Shown here piece by piece: positions 7,390 to 16,415 of a stretch of 64,000 nucleotides of DNA. Position 1 is the first letter of the stretch. Each line of letters begins with the position of its first letter. A program made the position numbers and the translations under genes. Below the pieces are notes generated by a model, which worked only from the letters and a program-made list of their open reading frames with translations, was not told where the DNA came from and ran no database searches. Source of the DNA: Solirubrobacteraceae bacterium (GTDB lineage Bacteria; Actinomycetota; Thermoleophilia; Solirubrobacterales; Solirubrobacteraceae); contig DATBZG010000080.1 in the NCBI GenBank assembly GCA_036513335.1, positions 7,336 to 71,335 on the forward strand. The letters are read 5' to 3'.

Positions 7390-9180
7390 CTAAGCAGCGG
7401 CGCGCGTCGGCAGGAGCGCGCGCTGCAGGAACTCGCTCGTTGCGGAAGCTTCGAGCGGCCTGGCGAACAGGAAGCCCTGGCCACTGTCGCAACTCTGGTC
7501 GCGCAGCTCAGACAGCTCCTGGTCCTGCTCGATCCCCTCCGCGAGGGTCTCGATGCACAGAGCGCGTCCGAGTGCGACGAGGCTCTGCAGGATCGTCTCG
7601 CTCTCGCGGCAGCTCGTCATTTTGGCGACGAACGAGCGGTCGATCTTCAGCGCGTCCACTGGGAAGTTCTGCAGGTGCGCCATCGATGAGTAGCCGGTGC
7701 CGAAGTCGTCGATCGCGATCTTCACGCCGAGGTTCTTGACGGCGCACAGCCGCGCAGCAGTTGCGTCGACATTGCGCATCAGCGCGGTCTCGGTGATCTC
7801 CAGCGTGAGCATCGAGGGCTCGAGGCCGGTGCGCGCGAGCGTCTGCTCGACGTGCGTGACGAACCCATCCTCGTCGAGCTGGCGAGCGGAGACGTTCACC
7901 GCCACCGCGGTGGGGTGTCCCTCCTCACGCCAGCGAACGGCTTCGCGGCAGGCCTCCCCCAGCACCCAGCAACCGACGTCGACGATCAGCCCCGTCTCCT
8001 CGAGCAGCCCGATGAACTCGTCCGGCTGCAGCACTTCCCCGCCCGCCCGGCGCCAGCGGATCAGGGCCTCCATGCCGGTCGGCGTCATGCTCTGGAGGCT
8101 GAAGGTGGGCTGGTAGACGAGGAAGAACTGGTCGTTGGCGATCGCGCTGCGCAGGTCGATCTCGAGCTCGGTCCTGCTCTGGATCGCGGCGTGCATCCCC
8201 GACTGGAAGACGGCATAGCCGTTGGAGCCGCGCTCCTTGGCGTGGTACATGGCGATGTCGGCGTCGCGCAGCAGCTCGCCGGCGCTCTCGCGCTCGCCGC
8301 AGGCGATGCCGACGCTGGCGGTCACCGTGAACGGCGTCTCGTCCTCGCCGAGGCGGATCGGCCGGCGCAGGCTCTCCAGCAAGCGCTCGGCGATCACCTC
8401 GGGGCCGTGCTCGAGCGCCTGGTCTCCTGCAATCACCACGAACTCGTCGCCGCCGAGCCTGCCCACCGCGTCGCTGCCCCTGAGCGTGGCGCTCAGCCGC
8501 GCGGCAACTCCGCGCAGGAGCTCGTCGCCGACCTCGTGGCCAAAGCTGTCGTTGACGCTCTTGAAGTTGTCGAGATCGATGAACAGTGCGGCGATCGCAG
8601 TGCTGTGGCGCTGGGCGCGGCGCAGCATCTGTTCGACCCGGTCGAGGATCAGCGCGCGATTGGGCAGTCCGGTGAGCGTGTCATGGGTGGCCAGGAACGC
8701 AAGCTCCTCCTGGCGGCTCTCGAGATCGTGCTCTGCGCTTTTGCGCTCCTGCTCGAAGGACTCGCACATGCGCACGAGCGTCACGTTCAAGCTCCGTCTG
8801 AGCATTGAGTAGCCCTGCTCGACGGTGCCCGCGGAGATCTGCATCTCGGCGGCGCAGTCGGCCATGACCTCACATGCGGAGTCACACCAGCGCAGGCAGC
8901 GCTTGGTCACCTCGTTGAGCGGTGCGGAGCGCTGCGCGGCGAGCTGGGCAAAGATCTGCCAGGACTCCTGGCCGACCTCTCGCGCGACGTCGGCGCCCTC
9001 ACCGGACATCCAGCGCGCGACGGCGGTGGTGGACACCGCGCCGACGCGGGCGAAGCGCTCTTCCACGCTCTCTCCCAGCAGTTGGCCCGATTCCCTGGAA
9101 CGGCGCATCATCGCCGCGACCACATCGTCCGTGCGCGCGCTCAGGGCTGCGCCTAGTTGGCTCAGCTCATCCGAGTTCAT
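7390..9180 (-). CDS. cytoplasmic GGDEF-EAL protein (diguanylate cyclase/phosphodiesterase) with helical Cys-rich N-terminal domain
   Basis: RGSD I-site plus RLGGDEFVVIA, then EAL (MEALIRW) and DDFGTGYSS. ATG 9180 lies downstream of a G6 run. The ORF extends to TTG 9204. Confidence 0.9.
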   Translation of the reverse strand: MNSDELSQLGAALSARTDDVVAAMMRRSRESGQLLGESVEERFARVGAVSTTAVARWMSGEGADVAREVGQESWQIFAQLAAQRSAPLNEVTKRCLRWCDSACEVMADCAAEMQISAGTVEQGYSMLRRSLNVTLVRMCESFEQERKSAEHDLESRQEELAFLATHDTLTGLPNRALILDRVEQMLRRAQRHSTAIAALFIDLDNFKSVNDSFGHEVGDELLRGVAARLSATLRGSDAVGRLGGDEFVVIAGDQALEHGPEVIAERLLESLRRPIRLGEDETPFTVTASVGIACGERESAGELLRDADIAMYHAKERGSNGYAVFQSGMHAAIQSRTELEIDLRSAIANDQFFLVYQPTFSLQSMTPTGMEALIRWRRAGGEVLQPDEFIGLLEETGLIVDVGCWVLGEACREAVRWREEGHPTAVAVNVSARQLDEDGFVTHVEQTLARTGLEPSMLTLEITETALMRNVDATAARLCAVKNLGVKIAIDDFGTGYSSMAHLQNFPVDALKIDRSFVAKMTSCRESETILQSLVALGRALCIETLAEGIEQDQELSELRDQSCDSGQGFLFARPLEASATSEFLQRALLPTRAAA

Positions 9181-9436
9181 GACCGGTTGCCCCCCGCATC
9201 GCAAGCTGGCATCGGCAACCCTCGACCCTCGCTTTATCGCTTAGCAGCTGTACACCGCGCGGTCTGCAATTGCCATCTCCGCCCGGCGAGACAGCAAAAG
9301 CCCGCAATCGCCTACTCCGCGGCGACGCGTTGGAAGATCCTCGGTATATCGTCGTCTTGACACGCTGGGCAGCGGGAAGCGGTCAGATCAGGGCTCGCCC
9401 GGCTGGCGGTGAGCAAAGGCGATGCGAAGGAGACCC

Positions 9437-10090
9437 ATGAGTGACTACGCAGTGACGCGCATCGATGAGGTCGAAGAGCTGGACGACGGACGCTGCCGGT
9501 GGCGCCCGATCCGCCACCATCTCGGCGTCACCGCGTTCGGCGTGAACTCCTGGACCGCCCGCGAGACCGGCGAACGGATCATCAACGAGCACAACGAGGA
9601 CGAGCCCGACTCCGATGAGGAGGTCTACCTCGTCACGGAGGGCTGCGCCGAGTTCCAGCTCGACGACGACCGGGTCACCGCGCCCACGGGGACCTTCGTC
9701 TTTGCCCGCCCAGGCGTCAAGCGCACCGCGTTCGCACTGGAGCCGATGACCACAATCGTCGTCATCGGCGGCACCCCAGGCAGGGCATACGAGCCCAGCG
9801 GATGGGAGATCTGGGCGCCTTTGAACCGGCTGTATGAGGCGGGTCGCTACGAGGAGGCCGCTGAGCGCGGGCGCGCGCTCGTCGCTGCCTATCCGGGCTA
9901 TCCCGCGATGCTCTACAACCTCGCGTGCTGTGAGAGCCTCGCCGGGCGCACGAGCGACGCGCTAGAGCACGTCAGCCGCGCGATCGAGATGTCAGAGCGC
10001 TTCCTCGCCTACGCGCAGGAGGACTCGGACCTGGATCCGATTCGCGAGCAACCCGCGTTCCAGGAGATCCTCAAGGCGCACGGCCTGTAG
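9437..10090 (+). CDS. cupin-domain protein with C-terminal TPR-like helical region
   Basis: AGGAG lies upstream of ATG 9437. The cupin core is VNSWTARETGERIINEHNED...VYLVTEGCAEFQLDD, and the TPR-like region is YEAGRYEEAAERGRALVAAYPGYPAMLYNLACC. Confidence 0.75.
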   Translation: MSDYAVTRIDEVEELDDGRCRWRPIRHHLGVTAFGVNSWTARETGERIINEHNEDEPDSDEEVYLVTEGCAEFQLDDDRVTAPTGTFVFARPGVKRTAFALEPMTTIVVIGGTPGRAYEPSGWEIWAPLNRLYEAGRYEEAAERGRALVAAYPGYPAMLYNLACCESLAGRTSDALEHVSRAIEMSERFLAYAQEDSDLDPIREQPAFQEILKAHGL

Positions 10091-10098
10091 CAACGCGA

Positions 10099-10569
10099 TC
10101 ACTCCGCAGCGTAGGGAAGCGCGCTGGGCGCCTTGAGCTCCTCGAGGTGGAGCAGCGTCACCACCCGCTGGGCGCCTCCCTTCAGCGAGAGCGCGAGAAT
10201 CACCGACTGCAGCTCGCCGATGTCGCGTGCGACGACGTGGAGGATCGCATCGGTCTCTCCGGCCACGAGCTCGCCGGAGATGATCTGCGGGGTCTCCCGC
10301 ACGAGCTTGCGAAAGCGGTTGTCCGCGGCGAGCGTGTGGGCGCCGAGCGTGACCTCGACGTGGACCTGGATTGGAAAGCCTGCGGCTGCCGGGTCGACCC
10401 GGGCATGAATGCCCGCGATGATGCCGTCGTCCTTCAGGCGCCTGACGCGGTGCAGCGTGGCGGCGGGAGAGAGCCCCACGACACGCGCAAGCTCGACGTT
10501 CGTGCGATCGGCGTTCGCCTGCAGCTCACGGATGAGCGCGCGGTCAATATCGTCAATTGAATCGGCCAT
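10099..10569 (-). CDS. Lrp/AsnC-family transcriptional regulator
   Basis: IDDIDRALIRELQANADRTNVELARVVGLSPAATLHRVRRLKDDGII is followed by an AsnC-type ligand-binding domain. It is divergent from a DMT exporter gene, the classical arrangement. Confidence 0.9.
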   Translation of the reverse strand: MADSIDDIDRALIRELQANADRTNVELARVVGLSPAATLHRVRRLKDDGIIAGIHARVDPAAAGFPIQVHVEVTLGAHTLAADNRFRKLVRETPQIISGELVAGETDAILHVVARDIGELQSVILALSLKGGAQRVVTLLHLEELKAPSALPYAAE

Positions 10570-10646
10570 TTGACGCAATTATATTGCAAGAAGTGCCCGT
10601 TCTATGAGATTAGATCTGGGATTGATGAACTTGCACAACACAATGT

Positions 10647-11552
10647 TTGTCCATGCAACGCATCAACTCGATCTCCGAGCGCCCACGCGCGCTCATCGCG
10701 CTCATGCTCGCCGGGAGCACCTGGGGCTTGACGCTGCCGCTGTCGGCGGTGGCGCTCCGCGGCGTCGCCCCGGCGGCGCTCGTGAGCATTCGCTTCGGAT
10801 GCGCGGCGAGCATTCTCGCCGTCATCGCCCGTCGTGGGAGCCTGCGGGCGGCACTCACGTGGCGTATCGCCTGGTGGGGGGTGCTCGGCTACGGCGCTGT
10901 CGTGCTCACCCAGTGCGAGGGTGTCGAGCGTACGAGCCTCAGCCACGCGGCGGTCCTCGGCGGGATCGTTCCGGTGCTCGTGGTGCTGATTGCGATCGCG
11001 CGCGGCTGCCGGCGCCCCTCCGCGCTCGGGACGCTCGGATTGCTGGGCGCGGTCGGCGGTGCGGGGCTCTTCACGAGCGGCGGCGGCCACGCAAGTCTCG
11101 CCGGCGACGCCCTGGTGCTACTCGCCGGGGTCTGCTTCTCCTTCTACATCGTTGCCCAGCCCGCCTTGCTCGCCGGGCGCGACGCTGTCGCGGTGACGGC
11201 GGTCCAGATGGGCGCGGCCTCGATCGTGCTCGCGCCGATCGCCCTCTTCGCCGAGCCGGCGCCCCACATCTCCGGCTCGATCGCACTCGCACTGCTCGGC
11301 CTCGTGGTGGTCGGCTCGCTGCTGCCCTTCGCGCTCTACGCGTGGGGCCAGACCCGTGTGCCCCATGAGCTCGCCGGCGCGTTCCTAAACGTCGAGGCGC
11401 TCGTGGGCGGGTTGATCGGCGTCGTGGCGTTCCACAACCAGATGGGACTCGCGCAGGTGCTCGCGGTCGCCTTGATCGCTGCCGGGCTCTTGCTCGTTGC
11501 CGCCAGCGCGCCCTCCACGCAGGGGTCCGGAAGAGATATTCCGTCCTGCTGA
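10647..11552 (+). CDS. DMT-superfamily (EamA-like) transporter
   Basis: 301 aa with about 10 TM segments and a duplicated EamA-type organisation. It is divergent from the Lrp regulator. Confidence 0.85.
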   Translation: MSMQRINSISERPRALIALMLAGSTWGLTLPLSAVALRGVAPAALVSIRFGCAASILAVIARRGSLRAALTWRIAWWGVLGYGAVVLTQCEGVERTSLSHAAVLGGIVPVLVVLIAIARGCRRPSALGTLGLLGAVGGAGLFTSGGGHASLAGDALVLLAGVCFSFYIVAQPALLAGRDAVAVTAVQMGAASIVLAPIALFAEPAPHISGSIALALLGLVVVGSLLPFALYAWGQTRVPHELAGAFLNVEALVGGLIGVVAFHNQMGLAQVLAVALIAAGLLLVAASAPSTQGSGRDIPSC

Positions 11553-11804
11553 GACGATCTCGGCCGCCCGGGTCGGAGACGTCCCGACGGATCTGGCGCC
11601 CCAAATCGATAGGCGATACGGGCCCGCCCGAACAGCGCCACTAGGACTATTTGCCTAGTAATAAAGCCAATATTACTTGGGTCATCAGTGCTTAGTGCTG
11701 AGCGCTGTCTAGCAATACACACCTCGACAAGGTTCCGATCGTGGGTTAGTCCTCCGGCGGCACGCACCGCCGTCAGACGACCCGTCCACCATAGGAAGAG
11801 ACCC

Positions 11805-13154
11805 ATGCAGCTATCGCAGCTTGACCGCGTCGACCTGCCCCTCGAGCGGATCCCAGAGCGTTGGTACAACCTCCTGCCCGATCTGCCGCGCAGGCCTGAG
11901 GACTATCGCGACGGCGACACCGACGAACCGCTGTCGGAAGAGCGGCTCAGACGGCTGCTCGTACCGGCGCTGGTCGCGCAGGAGCGCTCCGCGGAGCGCT
12001 GGGTGGAGATTCCAGAGCCGGTGCGAGATGCCTACCGGATGTGGCGCCCGACGCCGTTGTTTCGCGCCCTCGCGCTCGAGCGCCATCTGGGGACACCGGC
12101 CGAGATCTACTTCAAGTACGAGGGCGCCGGGCCCGCGGGCTCGCACAAGCTGAACTCCGCACTCGCGCAGGCCTACTACGCCAAGCGCGACGGGATCAAG
12201 CGGCTCGTCACCGACACCGGCGCGGGCCAGTGGGGTGCAGCGATCGCGCTGGCCTGCGCGCGCTTCGATCTGGACCTCCTCGTCTACATGATCAGGGCCA
12301 GCTTTGCCCAGAAGCCATATCGGCGAATCCTGATGGAAACCTACGGCGCACAGGTGCTTCCCAGCCCCGGGACGAGCAGCGAGTTTGGTCGCAGGCTCTT
12401 GCGGGAGCTCCCGGACCATCCCGGCAGCGAGGGCACCGCGGTCAGCGAATCGATGGAGACCGTCCTCGCCGACCCGAGCTCACGAATCGCCGTGGGGGCA
12501 TTCTCTAACTACTGCTTGATGCACCAAACGGTGATCGGTCTGGAGACGCGCGAGCAGCTGGAGCTGATCGATCGCGAGCCCGACTTCTTGGTCGCAGCGG
12601 TCGGCTGCGGATCGAACATCGGCGGGCTCATCAACCCGTGGGTCGCAGAAAAGCTGGCTGGACGGGAGATCACGTTCGTGGCGGCCGAGGCCGCAGCATG
12701 CCCGACCTTGACGCAAGGCGCATACGCGTGGGACCACGTCGACTCCGCGGCGTCCGGGCCGAAGGTTCTCAGCTATTCCCTCGGCCACGAGTTCATTCCC
12801 CCGGTGATCCACGCCGGTGGGCTGCGCTATCACGGGTGCGCACCGATCGTGGGCCTGCTGCGACGAGAACACTTGATCGACGCGGTCGCGCTGGCGCAGT
12901 CCGAGGTGTTCGCGGCGGCGAAGCTGATGATGAGACTGCACGGCTATCTGCCCGCGCCCGAGGCCGCGCATGCGATCAAGGCAACGATCGACGTCGCGCT
13001 GCGCTGCAAGCGGGAGCGTCGCAAGGCGGTGATCGTGTTCTGCTTCAGCGGGCACGGCCTGCTCGACCTTCCCGCCTATGGAGATTTCAACCGCGGCACG
13101 ATCGAGGACGTCGAACCGGACCTCTCGAGCGTGCCGGCGGGCGTACTGGCATGA
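11805..13154 (+). CDS. TrpB-like PLP-dependent enzyme (tryptophan synthase beta-like, TrpB2 type)
   Basis: PERWYNLLPDLP, TPLFRALALERHLGTPAEIYFKYEGAGPAGSHKLNSA (the PLP lysine in the SHK motif) and GCGSNIGG. The start is ATG 11805; the longer ORF begins at 11688. Confidence 0.85.
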   Translation: MQLSQLDRVDLPLERIPERWYNLLPDLPRRPEDYRDGDTDEPLSEERLRRLLVPALVAQERSAERWVEIPEPVRDAYRMWRPTPLFRALALERHLGTPAEIYFKYEGAGPAGSHKLNSALAQAYYAKRDGIKRLVTDTGAGQWGAAIALACARFDLDLLVYMIRASFAQKPYRRILMETYGAQVLPSPGTSSEFGRRLLRELPDHPGSEGTAVSESMETVLADPSSRIAVGAFSNYCLMHQTVIGLETREQLELIDREPDFLVAAVGCGSNIGGLINPWVAEKLAGREITFVAAEAAACPTLTQGAYAWDHVDSAASGPKVLSYSLGHEFIPPVIHAGGLRYHGCAPIVGLLRREHLIDAVALAQSEVFAAAKLMMRLHGYLPAPEAAHAIKATIDVALRCKRERRKAVIVFCFSGHGLLDLPAYGDFNRGTIEDVEPDLSSVPAGVLA

Positions 13155-14758
13155 AGAGCTACCCGATGCTGATCGACGGGCACGATGACCCCGGCCTGGG
13201 ATGGACCTACGCCCTGCGCGCCTCCGCGCTGATTGCCGATCCCGAGCGGGCGTTCAACCTCAAACGAGGCCTCGAGCTCGGCACGATCGAACCGGGGCGG
13301 GCGGACGATCAAGAGGACGTCGTCGCGCGATGCGCCTGGGGAGACGCGCGACACAACGAACAGGCACTGCAGGCTGCCGCCCGCGCCGGCGAGACTTTCG
13401 GTCGTTTCAGCTTGGGCCAGCTGCGCGCGATCGGAGCTGACTTCCATCGGGAGCTGCTCGCACACGCGGATGAGCTCGTTGAGATCCTGATCATCGAGGG
13501 TCATCCCCGGCGCGTGGCGCAGTGGGAGCTCAGCGGAGCCCTGCACTGCGTCGATGAGATCACGCGCGAGTGGTGCTTCGGACAGTTCCGCCAAAGCTTC
13601 ACGGTCGAGGGACGCGAGCTGCTGCTGGTCCGCAAGCCCGACGGCGTGGTCTGCGTCAACCCACCGCAGAACGCGGCAGCATCGAACGCCGCGATGGGAG
13701 CGCTCGCCCTGCTCGCGGGCAACACGCTGGTCGTGAAGGCGCCGCGCAGCACCCCCACCGGCGTGATGTTCGTCTATCGCGAGATCTTCCAGCCGGTGCT
13801 CGAACGCCATGGCGCTCCACCGGGGACGCTCAACCTGATCTCCGGCGATACGCAGCATGTCCTCAAGCAGTGGCTCGCGAGCCCGCACGTTGACGACGTG
13901 TTGTTCTACGGCTCGAGCAACGCCGGCCTGCGCTTCGGCAGCGACTGCTATGCAGCCGGCAAGAAGCCGATCCTCGAGCTGTCCGGCAACGACGGCTTCT
14001 TGGTGTGGCGCGACGCCGATCTCGATCGAGCCGCGCAGACGCTGACGGAGTGCTTCTTCGGCTCCAGCCAGATCTGCATGGTGCCCAAGTATGCGATCGC
14101 CCATCCCGAGATCGCCGAGCGTCTGATCGCGAAATTCACCGCGCTCGTGCGGTCGATCCGGCCCGGCTACCCGGAGGACCCGCGCGTGGTGCTGAGCCCG
14201 GTGCTCAAGCACGACCAGTTCTTCGACTTCCTCTCGGAGGCCCGCGAGGCTGGTTGTCAGATGCTCACCGGCGGCGAGCGCGTGGGCGTGGATGGGACGC
14301 CAGATCCGGGCGGCTTCTTCCTGCAGCCGACCGTGATTCGCGTCGACGGGCTGACGCACGCGCGCGAGCTCTCCTGCGTGCGCGATGAGACGTTCTTCCC
14401 GATGCTGGCGATCATCGTTCCCGACGAGGACGGCCCGGAGCTGCTCGAGCAGACGCTGAGCTTCATGAACTCGAACGCCTACGGGCTACGCAACTCGCTG
14501 TGGTCAACCGATGAGCACGTGATCGACACCTTCGTGCGGGGGCTCTCGAACGGTGGGCTGCTGAAGATCAACGACTCCCACCTCGATTGCCTCTCAATCC
14601 TCGCCACGCACGGCGGGACCGGCCGCACGGGTGGACCCACCGGCGAACTGAACTACGTGATCCTGAGAACCACTCACTTACAGGGCATCAGCCGCTCATA
14701 CGACGACAGCGGGCTCGAGCTTTCGGCTGGGCCCCGGGTCAGCCCTTCTGGCCCTTGA
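13151..14758 (+). CDS. aldehyde dehydrogenase family protein
   Basis: ATG 13151 overlaps the TrpB-like stop (ATGA). ALDH motifs are VVKAPRSTP, ILELSGND (catalytic Glu position) and GSSQICMVPK (catalytic Cys). Confidence 0.85.
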   Translation: MKSYPMLIDGHDDPGLGWTYALRASALIADPERAFNLKRGLELGTIEPGRADDQEDVVARCAWGDARHNEQALQAAARAGETFGRFSLGQLRAIGADFHRELLAHADELVEILIIEGHPRRVAQWELSGALHCVDEITREWCFGQFRQSFTVEGRELLLVRKPDGVVCVNPPQNAAASNAAMGALALLAGNTLVVKAPRSTPTGVMFVYREIFQPVLERHGAPPGTLNLISGDTQHVLKQWLASPHVDDVLFYGSSNAGLRFGSDCYAAGKKPILELSGNDGFLVWRDADLDRAAQTLTECFFGSSQICMVPKYAIAHPEIAERLIAKFTALVRSIRPGYPEDPRVVLSPVLKHDQFFDFLSEAREAGCQMLTGGERVGVDGTPDPGGFFLQPTVIRVDGLTHARELSCVRDETFFPMLAIIVPDEDGPELLEQTLSFMNSNAYGLRNSLWSTDEHVIDTFVRGLSNGGLLKINDSHLDCLSILATHGGTGRTGGPTGELNYVILRTTHLQGISRSYDDSGLELSAGPRVSPSGP

Positions 14759-15356
14759 CTGCCAGCCACGCCGCATCCGCCAACGCTGGTCCGACATCGC
14801 GAAACGCACCAGCGAGCTCCTCGGCGGCGAGTCGGCCGATCACCTCGCTCCCATACTGCTGTGCCGGCCCGAGGATGATGGACCCGTAGACGAGCACGGG
14901 AAGGCGGCGTATATGCCCGGATTCAACGTGCGGCTTGCGCCACGCGTTCGCGGCGCGTCCGAACTCCTCGTTCATGACTTCCAGGCGCTCGAGGTTCTCG
15001 GCCTCGAGCCAGCTCGCGTTGAAGTAACACATGTAGTGCGCAAGCCGCAGGTTACGAGCCATCCAGTCGAGGTGGAAGGTGACCATCGACTTCACGCCGG
15101 CTGCGGCCGAGCGATGACGCGCCAGCTCGGACAGTAAGTCCTGCTGATAGGAGCGGAGCGTGTCCAGATACAAGGCGTCCTCTAGGTCCGTGAGCCCTCC
15201 CGGGAAGTGGTGATAGACGCTTCCAACGCTGGCGTTGGCTTGTGCACAGACCTGGTTGATCGTCGGCGCACCGCGAGCCCCCTTCCCGTAGCAGACCGCC
15301 GCTGCGCCTATGAGTCGCTTCCGGGCTTCGCCGCGAACACCGCGCCTGCGTGGCAT
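14739..15356 (-). CDS. TetR-family transcriptional regulator
   Basis: The HTH is TINQVCAQANASVGSVYHHFPGG. GGAGGAGG lies upstream of ATG 15356. The 3' end overlaps the ALDH gene convergently by 20 nt. Confidence 0.85.
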   Translation of the reverse strand: MPRRRGVRGEARKRLIGAAAVCYGKGARGAPTINQVCAQANASVGSVYHHFPGGLTDLEDALYLDTLRSYQQDLLSELARHRSAAAGVKSMVTFHLDWMARNLRLAHYMCYFNASWLEAENLERLEVMNEEFGRAANAWRKPHVESGHIRRLPVLVYGSIILGPAQQYGSEVIGRLAAEELAGAFRDVGPALADAAWLAVKGQKG

Positions 15357-15548
15357 TGCCGACCTCCTCCAGTTCGGCCGTAACGTAGCAAAGCACTTCG
15401 GCCAGGGCGTTTGGCGGTCGCTGAACCGGGCGAATGCCGGAAGCTGAGATCGTCTCGACCTTCGAGGGTTTTTACGTTGGATGACCGCGGTGTCGCACTA
15501 TGATCTGGTTGCCAGATATGGAACTTCTGAGAGACGAGGGATGAAGCA

Positions 15549-16415
15549 ATGCCGACAAGAACAAAGCTCGAGAGGGTAACCACGGTCAAGGACGAGGAGC
15601 CGGCCTGGTCGATTCCAGGCCTGCGTGAGCCGCGCTACTCGCAGTCGCTGGAGCGGGGTCTTGCGATCCTTGCTTGCTTCACCCCCAAGCGCCCGGTGCT
15701 GGGCATCGCGGACATCGCCGACGAGCTCGGCATGAGCCGCTCGACCACGCACCGCTATGTGATCACGCTCGTTGCGCTCGGCTACCTGGAGCAGGGCGCC
15801 TCGCGCAAGTACCGCTTGGGCCTGCGCGTGACGGACCTCGGCATGTCGGCGCTGAACTCGACGGGCCTGCGCGAGCACGCGCGCCCTTATCTGGAGGAGC
15901 TGCGCCAGCGAACCTCCTACACCGCGAGCCTGGGCGTGCTCGACGGCACCGAAGTGCTCTACATCGACCGCATACGGAGCTTTAGACGCGAAGCGCGCAG
16001 CGCCGACCTGGACCTCCATGCCGGCTCGCGGCTGCCCGCCCACGCCACGGCGATGGGCAAGCTGCTGCTCGCGAACCTTCCGCAGACGGAGCAGCGCGAA
16101 CTGATCGGACAGATGAAGCTGACCAAACGCGGCCCCAACACGATCACGAGCAAGAAGGCGCTGCGCGAGGAGCTCGACGCGATCGTCAGTTCCGGCCTTG
16201 GCGTGGACGACCAAGAGCTCGCGTCGGGGGTCTACGCAATCTCGGCGCCGGTGCGCAACGAGGCACGCCAGGTCGTGGCCGCCGTCAACCTCGCAGCCCA
16301 GTCGACGATGATCTCGCTGGAGGAGTTCGTGGACGCGCTCAGCCCGCACCTGCTCTCCACCGCGGACCGCGTTTCCGCGCGTCTGGGCTACAGGCGCGAC
16401 GACGAGACGAACTGA
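15549..16415 (+). CDS. IclR-family transcriptional regulator
   Basis: SLERGLAILACFTPKRPVLGIADIADELGMSRSTTHRYVITLVALGYLEQ is followed by an IclR effector domain (GVDDQELASGVYAISAPV). Confidence 0.9.
   Translation: MPTRTKLERVTTVKDEEPAWSIPGLREPRYSQSLERGLAILACFTPKRPVLGIADIADELGMSRSTTHRYVITLVALGYLEQGASRKYRLGLRVTDLGMSALNSTGLREHARPYLEELRQRTSYTASLGVLDGTEVLYIDRIRSFRREARSADLDLHAGSRLPAHATAMGKLLLANLPQTEQRELIGQMKLTKRGPNTITSKKALREELDAIVSSGLGVDDQELASGVYAISAPVRNEARQVVAAVNLAAQSTMISLEEFVDALSPHLLSTADRVSARLGYRRDDETN

Noticed and set aside
12638-13150. The upstream part of ORF 12638..14758, and similarly 46500..47078 of ORF 46500..47837.
   Set aside because: These segments are alternative frames of the preceding genes (TrpB-like, and SRPBCC/ArsR). 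The real starts are ATG 13151 (ATGA overlap) and ATG 47079 (AAGGAGG).
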